The notes under the pieces are model-generated. The model did not search any database. It saw only the letters and a list, made by a program, of their open reading frames with translations, and was not told the DNA's origin. This document shows, piece after piece, positions 25,505 to 36,060 of a stretch of 64,000 nt of DNA. Within the stretch, counting starts at the first letter, position 1, and every line of letters starts with the position of its first letter. This DNA comes from Mustelus asterias (lineage: Eukaryota), in the NCBI RefSeq assembly GCF_964213995.1, contig NW_027590202.1, positions 248,001 to 312,000 of the forward strand. The letters run 5' to 3'. Both the position numbers and the translations under genes were made by a program.

Positions 25505-26464
25505 ATGATGTCCCTGTATCGCTGTGTGCGTCCCTGAATCTGTGTAAGCCCCTGTATCCGTGTAAGCCCCACTATCTTTGTGTGCATGCCCCTGATTGTT
25601 TGTATGCCCCAGTGTCTATGTATGCTCCACATCTCTGTGCGTATGCCCCTGATTCTGTTTGTGCCCTTGTATCTGTGCATGCCTCAGTATCTCTGTGAGT
25701 ATGCCCCAGTATCTCTGTGTGTATGCCCCTGATTCTGTGTGCGCCCCTTGTAGCTGTGTATGCCCCAGTATCTCTGTGTGTATGCCCTGATTCTGTATGT
25801 GCCCTTGTATCTGTGTATGCCCCAGTATCTGTGTGTGTGCGCCTGCACCTGCATGTGCCCTGAGTCTGTGTTTGCCCCACTTACGCTGTGCATGCCCCTG
25901 AATCTGTGTGTGCCCCCGGATCTCTGTATGCCCCAGTTTCTGAGTCTGTGTGTGTGTGCTCCTGTATCTGTGTGCCCCGCTATCCGTGAGTGCCCCTGAA
26001 TCTGTGTGTGCCCCTGAATCTGTACGAACCGCGTTATCTTTGTGTGTGTGTGTGTGTGTGTGTGTGTATGCGATTGTGTGCATTTGTGTGTGTGGGATTG
26101 TGTGCGCGTATGCGCGTGTGTCTGTGTGTGTGTGCGTGTGTGATTGTGTGCGTGTATGTGTGCCTGTGTGATTGTTCGTGTGATTGTGTGCGTGTATGTG
26201 TGTCCGTGTGTTTGTATGTGTGATTATGTGTTTGTGTGTGTTTGCGATTGAGTGCGTGTATATGTGTCTGTGTGTGATTGTGTGCGATTGTGTGCGTGTG
26301 ATTGTGCGTGTGATTGTGTGCGTGATTTTGTGTGTGTGTGATTCTGTGTGTGTGATTTAGTGTGTGTGTGTGTGTGTGATTGTGTGTGATTGTGTGTGTG
26401 CGTGTGTTATTGTGTGCGTGTGTAATGGTGTGTGCGCACCTGAGAGAGAGAGAGAGAGAGAGAG

Positions 26465-26495
<31 letters not shown>
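25505..26495. repeat. ~18-20-nt minisatellite grading into (TG)n / GTGTGATT / (GA)n microsatellite
   Basis: TGCCCCTGAATCTGTGTG-like units to ~26035, then dinucleotide-derived repeats. Confidence 0.92.
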
Positions 26496-26498
<3 letters not shown>

Positions 26499-26894
26499 GG
26501 GAGAAAGTCCTCGTGCCATCGGCAGAGTCCTTTCAGTTTCATGTTATAAAGTTTACTCTGGGCATTGAATTCAGTAATGTGAGTTGGAATTTCAGAGGAG
26601 CGACTATTCTCACCGTCCCACCTCTTCTTTAAATTGGGACAGATGAGTGAGTGAGGGGCACCTATAGGTGGACCCTCTGCCCATTGTGGCGTCTCTGCCT
26701 GTGAAAGCTTTGCTTTCTTGTGCAGTCGTTCGATGGGTATGATGCAATAACACCAGGAGAGTCATTCGCTGCATCGTCTGCAATGTGATTTCGGTGGGAT
26801 TTGCTGAGATTTCCTCAGAGTTTAAAATTCCACTTTCTGAGAATTTTAAATAAAATGTCCTTTAGCAAACCAATCGCCGGCTTTAGCAAAACAA

Positions 26895-26966
26895 ATTTCC
26901 ACCGAGGTTTGAACTCGGCACGCTGGATTCGAAGTCCAGAGTGCTCATCATTACACCAGTGAAGCC
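26895..26966 (-). pseudogene. tRNA-Gln pseudogene (anticodon reads TCG)
   Basis: Reverse complement reads ...GGTGTAATGATGAGCACTCTGGACTTCGAATCCAGCGTGCCGAGTTCAAACCTCGGTGGAAAT. Acceptor stem broken. Confidence 0.8.
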
Positions 26967-27169
26967 AGAACCCAGAAGCCCGCTGCAAATGGTCACTCAA
27001 AGCATTTGACGTTTTCCATTCAATGTGGCAGCAACAGCAAGTGTGAGAACAATGTGTTGTTATGCGCTGACATTAATATGCTAAAAACTCAGAAGACACT
27101 GCCCCCAAATCAACAGCATTTCATTACATCCAAAGCCGTATTAGCAGAAATAGTCATGTTTCACAGGGG

Positions 27170-27513
27170 CACGCTTGGTGGATTAGCCATGGTAAATTGG
27201 ACCCCATTGTCCCAAGATTTACCATGTGTGCGGTTTCTGGGTTCCGGCGGGGCGACACAGAAACGGCTGTTCAGCCGGTCGCGTATTTTGACATTGCTGA
27301 GCTGTCAATTACGGCGTTCATATAATCATAGTAGCCAGACAGAGCAAAGGGAGGGCACTGGTCCCATTGAGGCTGCGCCGACTTTGACAGAGCATCTTTT
27401 CAATGCAACAACTCCCTGACAGAGCCCTCGCCCCGCCGGAACCCAGAAACCGCACACATGGTAAATCTTGGGACAATGGGGTCCAATTTACCATGGCTAA
27501 TCCACCAAGCGTG
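27170..27513. repeat. Perfect 86-bp inverted repeat with 172-bp spacer
   Basis: 27170-27255 is the exact reverse complement of 27428-27513. The right arm runs into a V-SINE fragment (27514-27583). Confidence 0.95.
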
Positions 27514-27890
27514 TACGTCTTTGTGTGAGGAAACCGGAGCACCCGGAGGAAACCCACGCAGAGACGGGGGGAACGTGCAAGCTTACTGCTGTAACATTAC
27601 TGGCCAACGAAACAACCATCCAACCAGAAAATCTGACTGCGAGTGAGATGAACTTCCATAACCGCCTGGAAATGCTTCCAATTTATTGGGAGGTTGCTCA
27701 CCCAGTCTTGCATTAATCGAAGAAACGTCATTATGCATTGAAACACATATAAAATCAACCGCTCCCTAAGATTAAAAAATAATAATTTTTAGTATTTCAC
27801 TTGATTTCGTGCCTAATATCCATTAATATTCCACTCATTGTGAGTCTGCCCAGCCGCACGTAGAGCTCAGCTACATGTCACATACCCTCC

Positions 27891-27929
27891 AGTTATTGTA
27901 CGAGTATTGAACAGGTTGGTATCGCTGTG
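27891..27929 (-). other. V(D)J recombination signal sequence, 23-bp spacer
   Basis: Minus strand: CACAGCG + ATACCAACCTGTTCAATACTCGT (23 nt) + ACAATAACT, directly after the YYCAL codons. Confidence 0.93.
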
Positions 27930-28236
27930 AGAGTCAGTGCGCAGTAGTACATGGCTGTATCAGAGAGCCGCAGTTTGGAGACGGTTAAGGTAAAGATTCC
28001 ACTCGAACTGTCCAGCCCAGAGGAGAAACGGCTTCGAGCAAAATCCGCTTTAATTTCGTAACCAGCCGAAAATCTGCGATTTAGTATTTGAGGTTCTCTC
28101 CCAAGGAATTGTCGGACCCAGAATAAACTGAAGGAATTTTCTGTCATAAAGTAGATGCAGTTTAAAGTTGTAATGTCTCCTTCTGTCCTAATCACTTTTG
28201 GACGGCGTTGGGTAACAGAGAATTCCTGACTAAAAC
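27930..28236 (-). CDS. T-cell receptor alpha/delta-type variable gene segment, V exon (open frame)
   Basis: Acceptor tttcccatttcatccag| in phase 1. Protein QEFSVTQ...TLNC...LFWVRQ...RFS...LTVSKLRLSDTAMYYCAL has both canonical Cys and the Trp. Followed by a 23-RSS. Confidence 0.92.
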
Positions 28237-28785
28237 CTGGATGAAATGGGAAACAAAGTTCTATCCGTAGTGAGGCTCGGTGTCTCCTCCTGTTCCCGCT
28301 CATATGTCATAACATTCAGTGTTTTTCGTCGGGGACAGCCGCCAGTCTCCTGGCAATCGGACAGTAACTGATCCAATCGCACAAACTGCAAAGATTGAAA
28401 TTTCAAACGGGATAATGATATTCAGAAGGAAGTAACATTTATCATTCAATGGCATCAATGTACAATGCTGCGATTCACACACTGAGTGTGTGTGAACGCA
28501 CAGTAATCACTGACACTGCTGAAGGTTCGAATTGCTTTAATTTAACAGCAATATATTAGAATTCACATGTACGACATAGCGAACACAGAATGTGACACAC
28601 ATTGATAAAGTGCAGGGAATATATGATAAATAACGGATCTTTTATGAATGTTTAGTTCATGCAGGACTTTTAGAATCCGGGATTAAGATTTCACAAATTC
28701 AAAGGGATTTATAAGTTTATAGTTTCACTTATGGACAATTCTGTTAAACTTTCAGTTAGCACTTATTCAGCAGATTTTTTTTTAC

Positions 28786-28846
28786 CTTACGTCCTCGCTG
28801 TGACCATAACTTGCAAAATCAGTCGTCCAATTAATGAAATGCTCAC
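28786..28846 (-). pseudogene. Candidate defective leader exon of the first V segment
   Basis: GTG AGC ATT...ACG TAA G|gtaaaa gives 20 codons + 1 nt (phase 1), but has a GTG start and an in-frame TAA. TTTATAA lies ~75 nt upstream. Confidence 0.5.
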
Positions 28847-28920
28847 TTTGTCACCTTTACCCGAATGAAGATTCCTTGAGAAAAGAAAGTGCACCGTTGT
28901 CAGTTTAACCGCTAACGTTA

Positions 28921-28967
28921 TTATAAAGCGAGCTCGGGAGGTGGAGCTTCTCGCTGCTGCCATCACC
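28921..28967 (-). promoter_or_regulatory. Putative V-gene promoter (TATA + CRE/decamer-like GGTGATGGCA)
   Basis: Position upstream of the candidate leader. 8/10 match to the TCR V decamer AGTGAYRTCA. Confidence 0.3.
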
Positions 28968-29975
28968 TGAGATTGGCAGTTGCGGTCCCAGTTACCTCAG
29001 TCAGATTCAGGTGCACATCCGGTTCTAACGGCATTTTCTCATCTACATGTAACTCCTGATAGAAACAGTGACCGAATGTAAGGATGTGTAATTCTCTGCT
29101 GAAGATGATTCATAGAAAAATGTTCAGCTCCTGCAAATGCTACTGAGACCACAGATTTCCGCTCCAAGTTCATTCTGATGATCAAATTATTAAATTCAAT
29201 TTGAAGCAATTGAAAATTAAAGTGGAGTAATGAAGATCAGAACAGAGAAGGGGAATTGTTTTAATAGGGCATATGAAACACCAACACGTTGTGTAACGTC
29301 AGAGTTAGAGACTAAGATAAACCTTCAGCGCTTTATAGTGTTCATTATCAGCAGCAAATTCCTCAGATAAATCATTGAAAGTTTAGCCATTCTGGAGAAT
29401 TGGAAACTGGAAACAAATAAATTTCAGCACCACCAGTTATCCTAAAGCATGTGACAGCCAATGCGGTACTTTCACAATGCAGTCATTGTTGCAATGTCTG
29501 GAAAATAACATCCCTTACAGAGGAAACAGTGGGTACGTGACAATGTCACCGCTAATTAGTCAGAGGGCCATGTCAATCTTCCACACCAATTGATTCAATT
29601 CTAACATTTGAAACTGGTAAACGTTATATTAACACAGTCTGTGATTTAAAATTAATATCAATAATGGTGACCGTGAATTTCCATCGTTTGACATGGAAAA
29701 TTAATTTACTCAGCAATGTCCTTCAGGGCGTCAGGGGAGGACATCGCCATCTCCCCTTAACCTGACCGACATGCGACTCCAGATTGACTCTTAACTACTC
29801 TCTGAACCCAGTAGCAAGCCATTTACTTTCAGGACAATTGAAGGATCCATGGAATGCATGCGATTCCTGCAGTGCAGATGGTGGCCACTTGGCCCATCGC
29901 GTCTGCGCACATTCTCCGAAAGAGCGTGTTAACAAATCTACCACGCGGTCATGCCACAGACCACCTCGAATTGTT

Positions 29976-30014
29976 AGCTTTTGTACGAGTGTTAAGGCTC
30001 GATGTAACGTGGTG
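29976..30014 (-). other. RSS, 23-bp spacer, degenerate heptamer
   Basis: Minus strand: CACCACG + TTACATCGAGCCTTAACACTCGT (23 nt) + ACAAAAGCT. Confidence 0.85.
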
Positions 30015-30321
30015 CTTCATCGCCGCGCAGTAATACATGGCTGAGTCAGAAAGCTGAGTGTCTGTGATGTTCAAAAGGATGTTTGTGTTCATTTTCTCCT
30101 GGACAGCAGAAAACCGCTTTCCAAATGTAGGCGCGTCCTCTTCATTACCAGCAGTATGTGTGATCAGCATGTACTGAAGGCCCTGTCCCGAGTACTCTAC
30201 GTACAAGATAGGTAAGCTGTTGTGTATGTGGTGGGGTAGTGACAGGACAACACCAGAGGACCCCCTTCACTCACTGCTACTACTGTGGGCTTTTGGAAGA
30301 GTTTATCCAGCTGGCTCTGCG
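30015..30321 (-). pseudogene. T-cell receptor alpha/delta-type V pseudogene
   Basis: Acceptor tttttttccag| in phase 1. Protein QSQLDKLFQKP...VLSCHY...AYLS[W: TGG>TG, 1-nt deletion ~30205]YVEYSGQGLQYML...RFS...ITDTQLSDSAMYYCAAM. Confidence 0.92.
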
Positions 30322-30803
30322 CTGGAAAAAAATAACAGAATGTGATAAACATAACTTTTAGATGTTTTTTTGATTTAAAATGAAATACGTTTTGAGCACA
30401 ATTTTTTACTCTCTCGAACGCATACACTCTTACAGTCAAAAATACACACATTATCTCGCTCTTTCTGTCACATACAATCACAAAAAGATATTCTTTCTTT
30501 CGCCACACAGGTTCCCTCTTACAGACAAAAAGAGGTACGGTTACACACAGAAACTCACAAAACGCAGGGACACAAACAAAGACACACAGACATCCACACA
30601 TAGTCAGGCACGCGCAGACATACAGCCAAAAACATATACACAGACTGACAGACAGACACATATACACACACACACACGGAAAAACACACTTACACAGATA
30701 TACAAATAATAACGCGGGCTCTTATTCACTAATCTACTGAAATTTAGCGATGGACTGCATTCCGTGAGTAAAATTAAAATGGGGGAATGTTCAGAGATTA
30801 TTT

Positions 30804-30860
30804 CCTTAGCGAACTGGCCCCAGGCTATCAACATTGCAATTTTCTTCTGGGTATATTCAT
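30804..30860 (-). pseudogene. Candidate decayed leader exon of the second V segment
   Basis: ATG AAT ATA..., then after a frameshift KIAMLIAWGQFAK. No intact GT donor. Confidence 0.35.
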
Positions 30861-31356
30861 CAGCGAAGGCTGCTCTTCTCGGAGAAGCAAAACCCCTCCC
30901 CCAGACCGGCCGTTCTGACTGAGATAGTTCAGTTTGATTTTCCATTAAATGGACTCGGGGCATTCATTGGTCCAAGAGCAAAACTCGAGGAGCCAGGTTT
31001 CCCCAATGAGGGGAATAAATATGAGAGGAAAATCGAAAAAACATCAGTGAAAGAAAACGGTGATAATCGCCCGAAATACTCACTCGTTTGAAGGATCCTG
31101 AGCAAAAGTAATAGGTTGGCGGATATTGTTCTGGGCCAGCAATCACAATGAGGATCAGAAGGAGTGTTTGTGCTGAATATTACGTCCAAATTCTATACTG
31201 TATGGAAATGTACGCTGCACATTCAATTAATTTGATACGTCCTATTACCGCATTTGCCAGCACATGACCATGAATCCCATAACAATATGCAAACTGCGAT
31301 TGCCAGCTAACTTTTCTGACGTGTCCAGGCAGCCAATTGATGCGGTGTTGCGGCTT

Positions 31357-31393
<37 letters not shown>

Positions 31394-31419
31394 TTGGGCG
31401 GGGGGTAGATCCGGGCGTG

Positions 31420-32410
31420 GAACGGTGGGAGCAAGAGGGATGGGTTAAGTGTAGTCATGGCAGGAGAGCTTGCACCTATGACTGTTCGATATGGCAAAAG
31501 TGCAAGTTTCAGGTGTCACTAGTGAAGATGTGTTCAGGAAGTGTGTCCAAACGTAGCTACTGGCCAACCACATTTCGAAGCTGAGGCTCAGGAGATTCAA
31601 TGTGGGGCATACCCATGGCTGAGCAAGTCGTCGATAACACGTTCCGAAAGTGACCACACCGCAGGTGAAGTTTGAAAAGGCAGAAAGCCCATGGGTGACC
31701 ATTAGGTGGAGTAGAGGAAGGAAGGTAGTTCAGGAGTGGCCTGTGGGCATCTAGCAGATATAACGTTTTGGCCACTGTTTCTTTCGTGGGGGGATGGGGG
31801 AGGGGGGCTGCTCTACTGGTTCTTTCGCGGTGGAGCGGGAAGGGGGCTGACTGTGCCGGGGAAAGCAGTGAAAGTCAACGTCGTGGCAACATGCATGGGT
31901 CTGCTGCACAATAGGGGAGGAGGACAATGGCATTGCTATAGAGGGAGGGATTCAATTCTAAGGGGAAAAGTGTTAACATTTCTGGGATGGTGTGCTGCCT
32001 CCCTCGTGCCAGGGTCAGAATGTCAGTAAACGGCTGCAACTTTTTCTGAAGGTGGAGGGGGTGGGGGAGGGGGGAGGGGGTGGAGATGGCTACAGAAACC
32101 GTGGTAAATATTGATTTTAACTAAATAATAGAACAAGCGAGGAAATCCTGCAAGCAGAGTTCAGGGAGCCAAGAAGTAGATCAAATTTAAAAAAACAGAA
32201 GTTCGCAATCTCTGGATTACTCCCGTGCCACGTGTCAGTGAGTTTAGAAATAGGCGGTTAGTTCAGAAGAATGCACGTCTGGAGAATAGGTGCAGGAGTG
32301 AGGACTTCAGACTTCCAGGACTCTGGAACTGTTCTGGGAGACGGCAGGACCTGTGCAAGGAAGTCGGTTTGCAACTGAACCGAAATTGGAATGGCTACCA
32401 ATATATTGGT
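31420..32410 (+). mobile_element. Decayed CR1 ORF1 region (zinc finger + SGNH esterase)
   Basis: GGGGATTCAATTCTAAGGGG (xDSILRG) and ATGGTGTGCTGCCTCCCTCGTGCCAGGGTC (MVCCLPRARV). Confidence 0.75.
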
Positions 32411-33034
32411 TTCAATAGTGTAAAATTCCCTCGATGCAGAAATAGTTCTGGTGGATTGAAAATATGCAAAGACAACGTCCTAACTCTTTAAACTCGGTTT
32501 GACTGACATCATCAAATCTGAAAATGTTTATCTCACTCACGAGTGCAGCTTATTTTGTTCAAGTCAGAACCCAAATGCATTTATTTTTCTCAATTAAAGG
32601 AGCTTCTGATTATAAATCCACACCAGACTGGAGAGTAAAACTGTGAATCTCATGTCCCCAGCAGTTCAGACTTGGCCCTGTGAAGAGAGAAACAGATGAT
32701 CAAGTGAAAGCTCTCTGACCTTTCATCTGAACTGAAAGAGAAATGTAATACTTTATTACCAAATGAAAAGGGGACACGTTAAAGCCAGGAGAAATCAAAA
32801 TTGAGTTCAACATTTGATATATTAATCTCTGTCTTATTTTCTTTCGCTCTTCTTTCCCCATTCATTTGTCTCTCACTTTATGTTGCTTGAATCCCTTCCC
32901 GCAATCCCCGCATGATCACAGTTTCTCCTCAGTTTGGTTGTGCCTTTTGTTTCCTTGTTAGGTCGGATTATCAGCAGAGGCGTTGGTCACTGACAGAGGA
33001 CATGATGCATTTCTCCTCACTGTGAACTGTGCTT

Positions 33035-34230
33035 AGTCATAGAGTCGTACGGCGCAGCAGAGACGGTTTGGCCCATCGAGTGTGCAACGACAATAACTGC
33101 CACTAACATCGCGCGAATCCCATTTTCTAGCACGTGTCCCATATCCTTGAATGCTATTATTTTTCAAGTGTTCATTCCGACACTTTTTAAAGTTTGTAAT
33201 TTTTCCGGCCTCCAATACCTTCCCAGGCGCTGTACTGCACATTCCCAACAACCTCTTCGTGAAAGAAATACCTGCCGAATCTCGAGCCCCTTAACTTAAA
33301 ACTATGCCCCGTCGTGATTAACATCTCAACAAAGGGGAAGAGCTGCTTTCCCTTCACCCTGTCCATGAACCTCAAACTTATATGCCACAATCAGTCCCCG
33401 CACTCCCTCAGCCTTCTCTGCTCAAAGGAAAATATTCCAACACTATCCACTTCCCCCTTTTCGCTCAAATGTTCCGTCCCAGGAAAAATCTTGGTGAATC
33501 TGCTCTGTTCCCCTGTTAGTATAATCACATCCTTCCTATAGTGAGCTGGCCAGAACTGTGCACAGTACTCCAGCTCTGGCCTAACCACCACTCTGTACAA
33601 TTCCAATGTTAACTCCTTGCCCTTATATTCTATGCCACGACTGATAAAAACAAGGTGCCCCTTATGCCGTCGTAACTATCCTATTCAACTGCTCTGCCAC
33701 CTTCAGGGATCTGTTTATAAGTATTCCTAATCCACATGTTCCTCTGAGCTTCCTAATGTCCTGCGATTCATTAAATATTCACCTGTGTTATTATTTCTTC
33801 CAAAGTGCATCACCTCGCACTTATCCCGTTTATACACCATCTGCCACTGTTCGTTCCATCTGACCAACCTATCGAAATCATCCTTGAACGTAGGGCTTTC
33901 GTCTTCAATATTAACCACGTCAACAATCTTTGTACCAGCTGCAAACTTGCTTATAATTCCCTTCAAATTATCATCTATATTATTTATGCATGTAACAAAC
34001 AAAAAGCGTCTCAGCACTGAAACCTCTAGTAGGCCACTTTGCTCTAACCTCCATTCATTCGAACAGACTTCTACCACTACCCTATGTGTCCTATTATGAA
34101 GACATTTTCCGATCCATCTCACCCAGTTTCCTGAATTCCAAGTGCTTCTATATTCTCAATCAGTCTCCCTTGTGGGACCTTCTCAGTGCTTTGCTCGAAC
34201 AAAACAACTAGATCAACTGCACTTCCCTCA
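33035..34230 (-). mobile_element. Decayed CR1 LINE RT/3' end
   Basis: ORF pieces ISKFAAGTKI, DKCEVMHFGR and VRPELEYCAQFW. Confidence 0.9.
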
Positions 34231-35060
34231 GTTACAGGGGAAGGAAGTTAAAATATGCAACTTGAAAGTGTATCATCTGACTCTTCTTCAGAGTTTATTG
34301 TCAAAGTTACACCTTTGATTTGTCCAGCTCTGATACAAGTTCATCCAGCTGGAAGATTAACCTTGTTTCTCCCTTCACAGGCGCTGTGAGTCGTGTTTTC
34401 AGTAAATGAAGAATTGAACAAAAGATGATTGACTCCATGACCGGGAATTGAACGTGGGGCCACTGCGCCGAATCCTGATCATTGTGCTCTCAGGGAAGCT
34501 GATGTGACACATCGGTAATGAGATGACCATCTCCGTACCCATTGCTTTAATTCAAATAACTTTCCCTAAAAACATAGTCACAATGAGGAATGATGGGAAG
34601 CGGACATGACAGGATTTGAACTTCACTTGGAAAATCTAAATTCATCACATTTGTCCCTGGAACCAAATCAGAAAATGTTGGAAAACCTCAGCAGGTCAGG
34701 TGGAGCATCTGTAAGGAGAGAAAAGAGCTGGAGCTTCGAATCCAGATGACTCCTTTTCAGAGATTCCAGCATCCGCAGTAATTTGCTTTTATCCAGAGCT
34801 TAACCCCTGGGCCGGGAATACAGTCTCACTGTTTGCAACACTGTTGCTTATATCGGCAGCCAGTCATTCAGCCGGTGTTTCCGTGTGTGCTCCCTGTCGG
34901 AGCAACTGCACTCCTTCCACACTCTCTCCTTTCCCCCAACAACTGTTTAATTGGCACTGTTCCTCCTCTTTTTTCCTACCAGGAACGACACCACCCACAC
35001 TTCTACATTCAATCTGAACTGTTTATCTTCAGCTGCAAGGGCCAAAGCAAACAACAATTC

Positions 35061-35143
35061 TGTCAACTATCGAATTCGAAGAAACTTTTTTGCAGAAACT
35101 GGAGTATTATTTCCAGCGCCGTAGATCACTCGGCCACGCTAAA
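35061..35143 (-). pseudogene. tRNA-Leu pseudogene
   Basis: TCCAGCGCCGTAGATCACTCGGCCACGCTA is retained. Confidence 0.75.
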
Positions 35144-36060
35144 CAACATGGTAAGCGTGTTATTTACTGTTATTGTTACTGAAATACATTAGAAGCAACG
35201 GAGCTGGGAAAGGCCATCAGAAGGCTTGAATCTGCTCCTTCGCTGAATCTGGTAATCCTGAACTGTGTAACAAATAGATTCCATCTCCAGTCTGAAACAA
35301 AATGAGCTGCAGTGAAGGGTCGGCACCATTTAAACTACCTTAACCTTGCCTGTTTCCCAATCTCCTGCGAAATTAAAATAAAACTTCCTGTTGAATTTGA
35401 TCACGGTCTTCACTTCAGACAGGACGGACACGAAGCGAGACTGAGATTTCTCTGTTCTTCCAGGAAATATCCGATATTTATTTTCACGGTTAGGACGAGA
35501 GCAATAAATCTTCATTTTCTGACCTGCAATTAAAACAGCAGTGAAAGTATCAAACTCTAACCCCCAGACAAGCATCTTGTAGCGTGTTTTACAATTTGAT
35601 TCATCCACATTCTATTTGTTATTTTGTCATCATCCATAATTGAATGTGTTCAGATAATGACAACAAACGCTCCACTGCAGTTATCACGTTTGGTTCCGAG
35701 GGTGCGAAACCGGACATAAATATTTCCAAAGATTGTTCATTACAGAGTGAGATAATTTTCAAAGTTTTACAATTCAGTGTCAGTATAAACGGTGAAATCT
35801 GATCCATTCTCTTCCAGATTTTACCTTGCTTCACCATCGCTGTCCTCAGCGATTTGTAATCTATCACTTTTAGAAGTCTCACAACAACCAGGTTAAAGAC
35901 CAACAGGTTTATTTGGAATCACCAGCTGAGGGAGCGCTGCTTCTTTGAACTATTTATTCCGAATAAAGCTATTGGACTTTCAGTTGGTGTTATTAGATTT
36001 ATTTCTGTGCCCACCGCACAATGCCAGCAGCTCCACCTCATCACATTCTCTCACTGTTCT

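Noticed and set aside
25348-26568. His/Thr- and Cys/Val-rich ORFs
   Set aside because: Translations of mini- and microsatellite DNA.
27256-27300. CACAG just inside the inverted-repeat arm as an RSS or Transib/RAG-transposon end
   Set aside because: No nonamer at 12 or 23 spacing, and no TSD around the arms.
28237-28303. In-frame ATG extension (MSGNRRR...) of the V ORF
   Set aside because: Not a signal peptide. It reads through the intron's polypyrimidine tract and acceptor.
32580-32690. Possible minus-strand terminal exon (ttcacag|GGCCAAGTCTGA...AATAAA)
   Set aside because: Too short to assign, and no partner exons were recognised.
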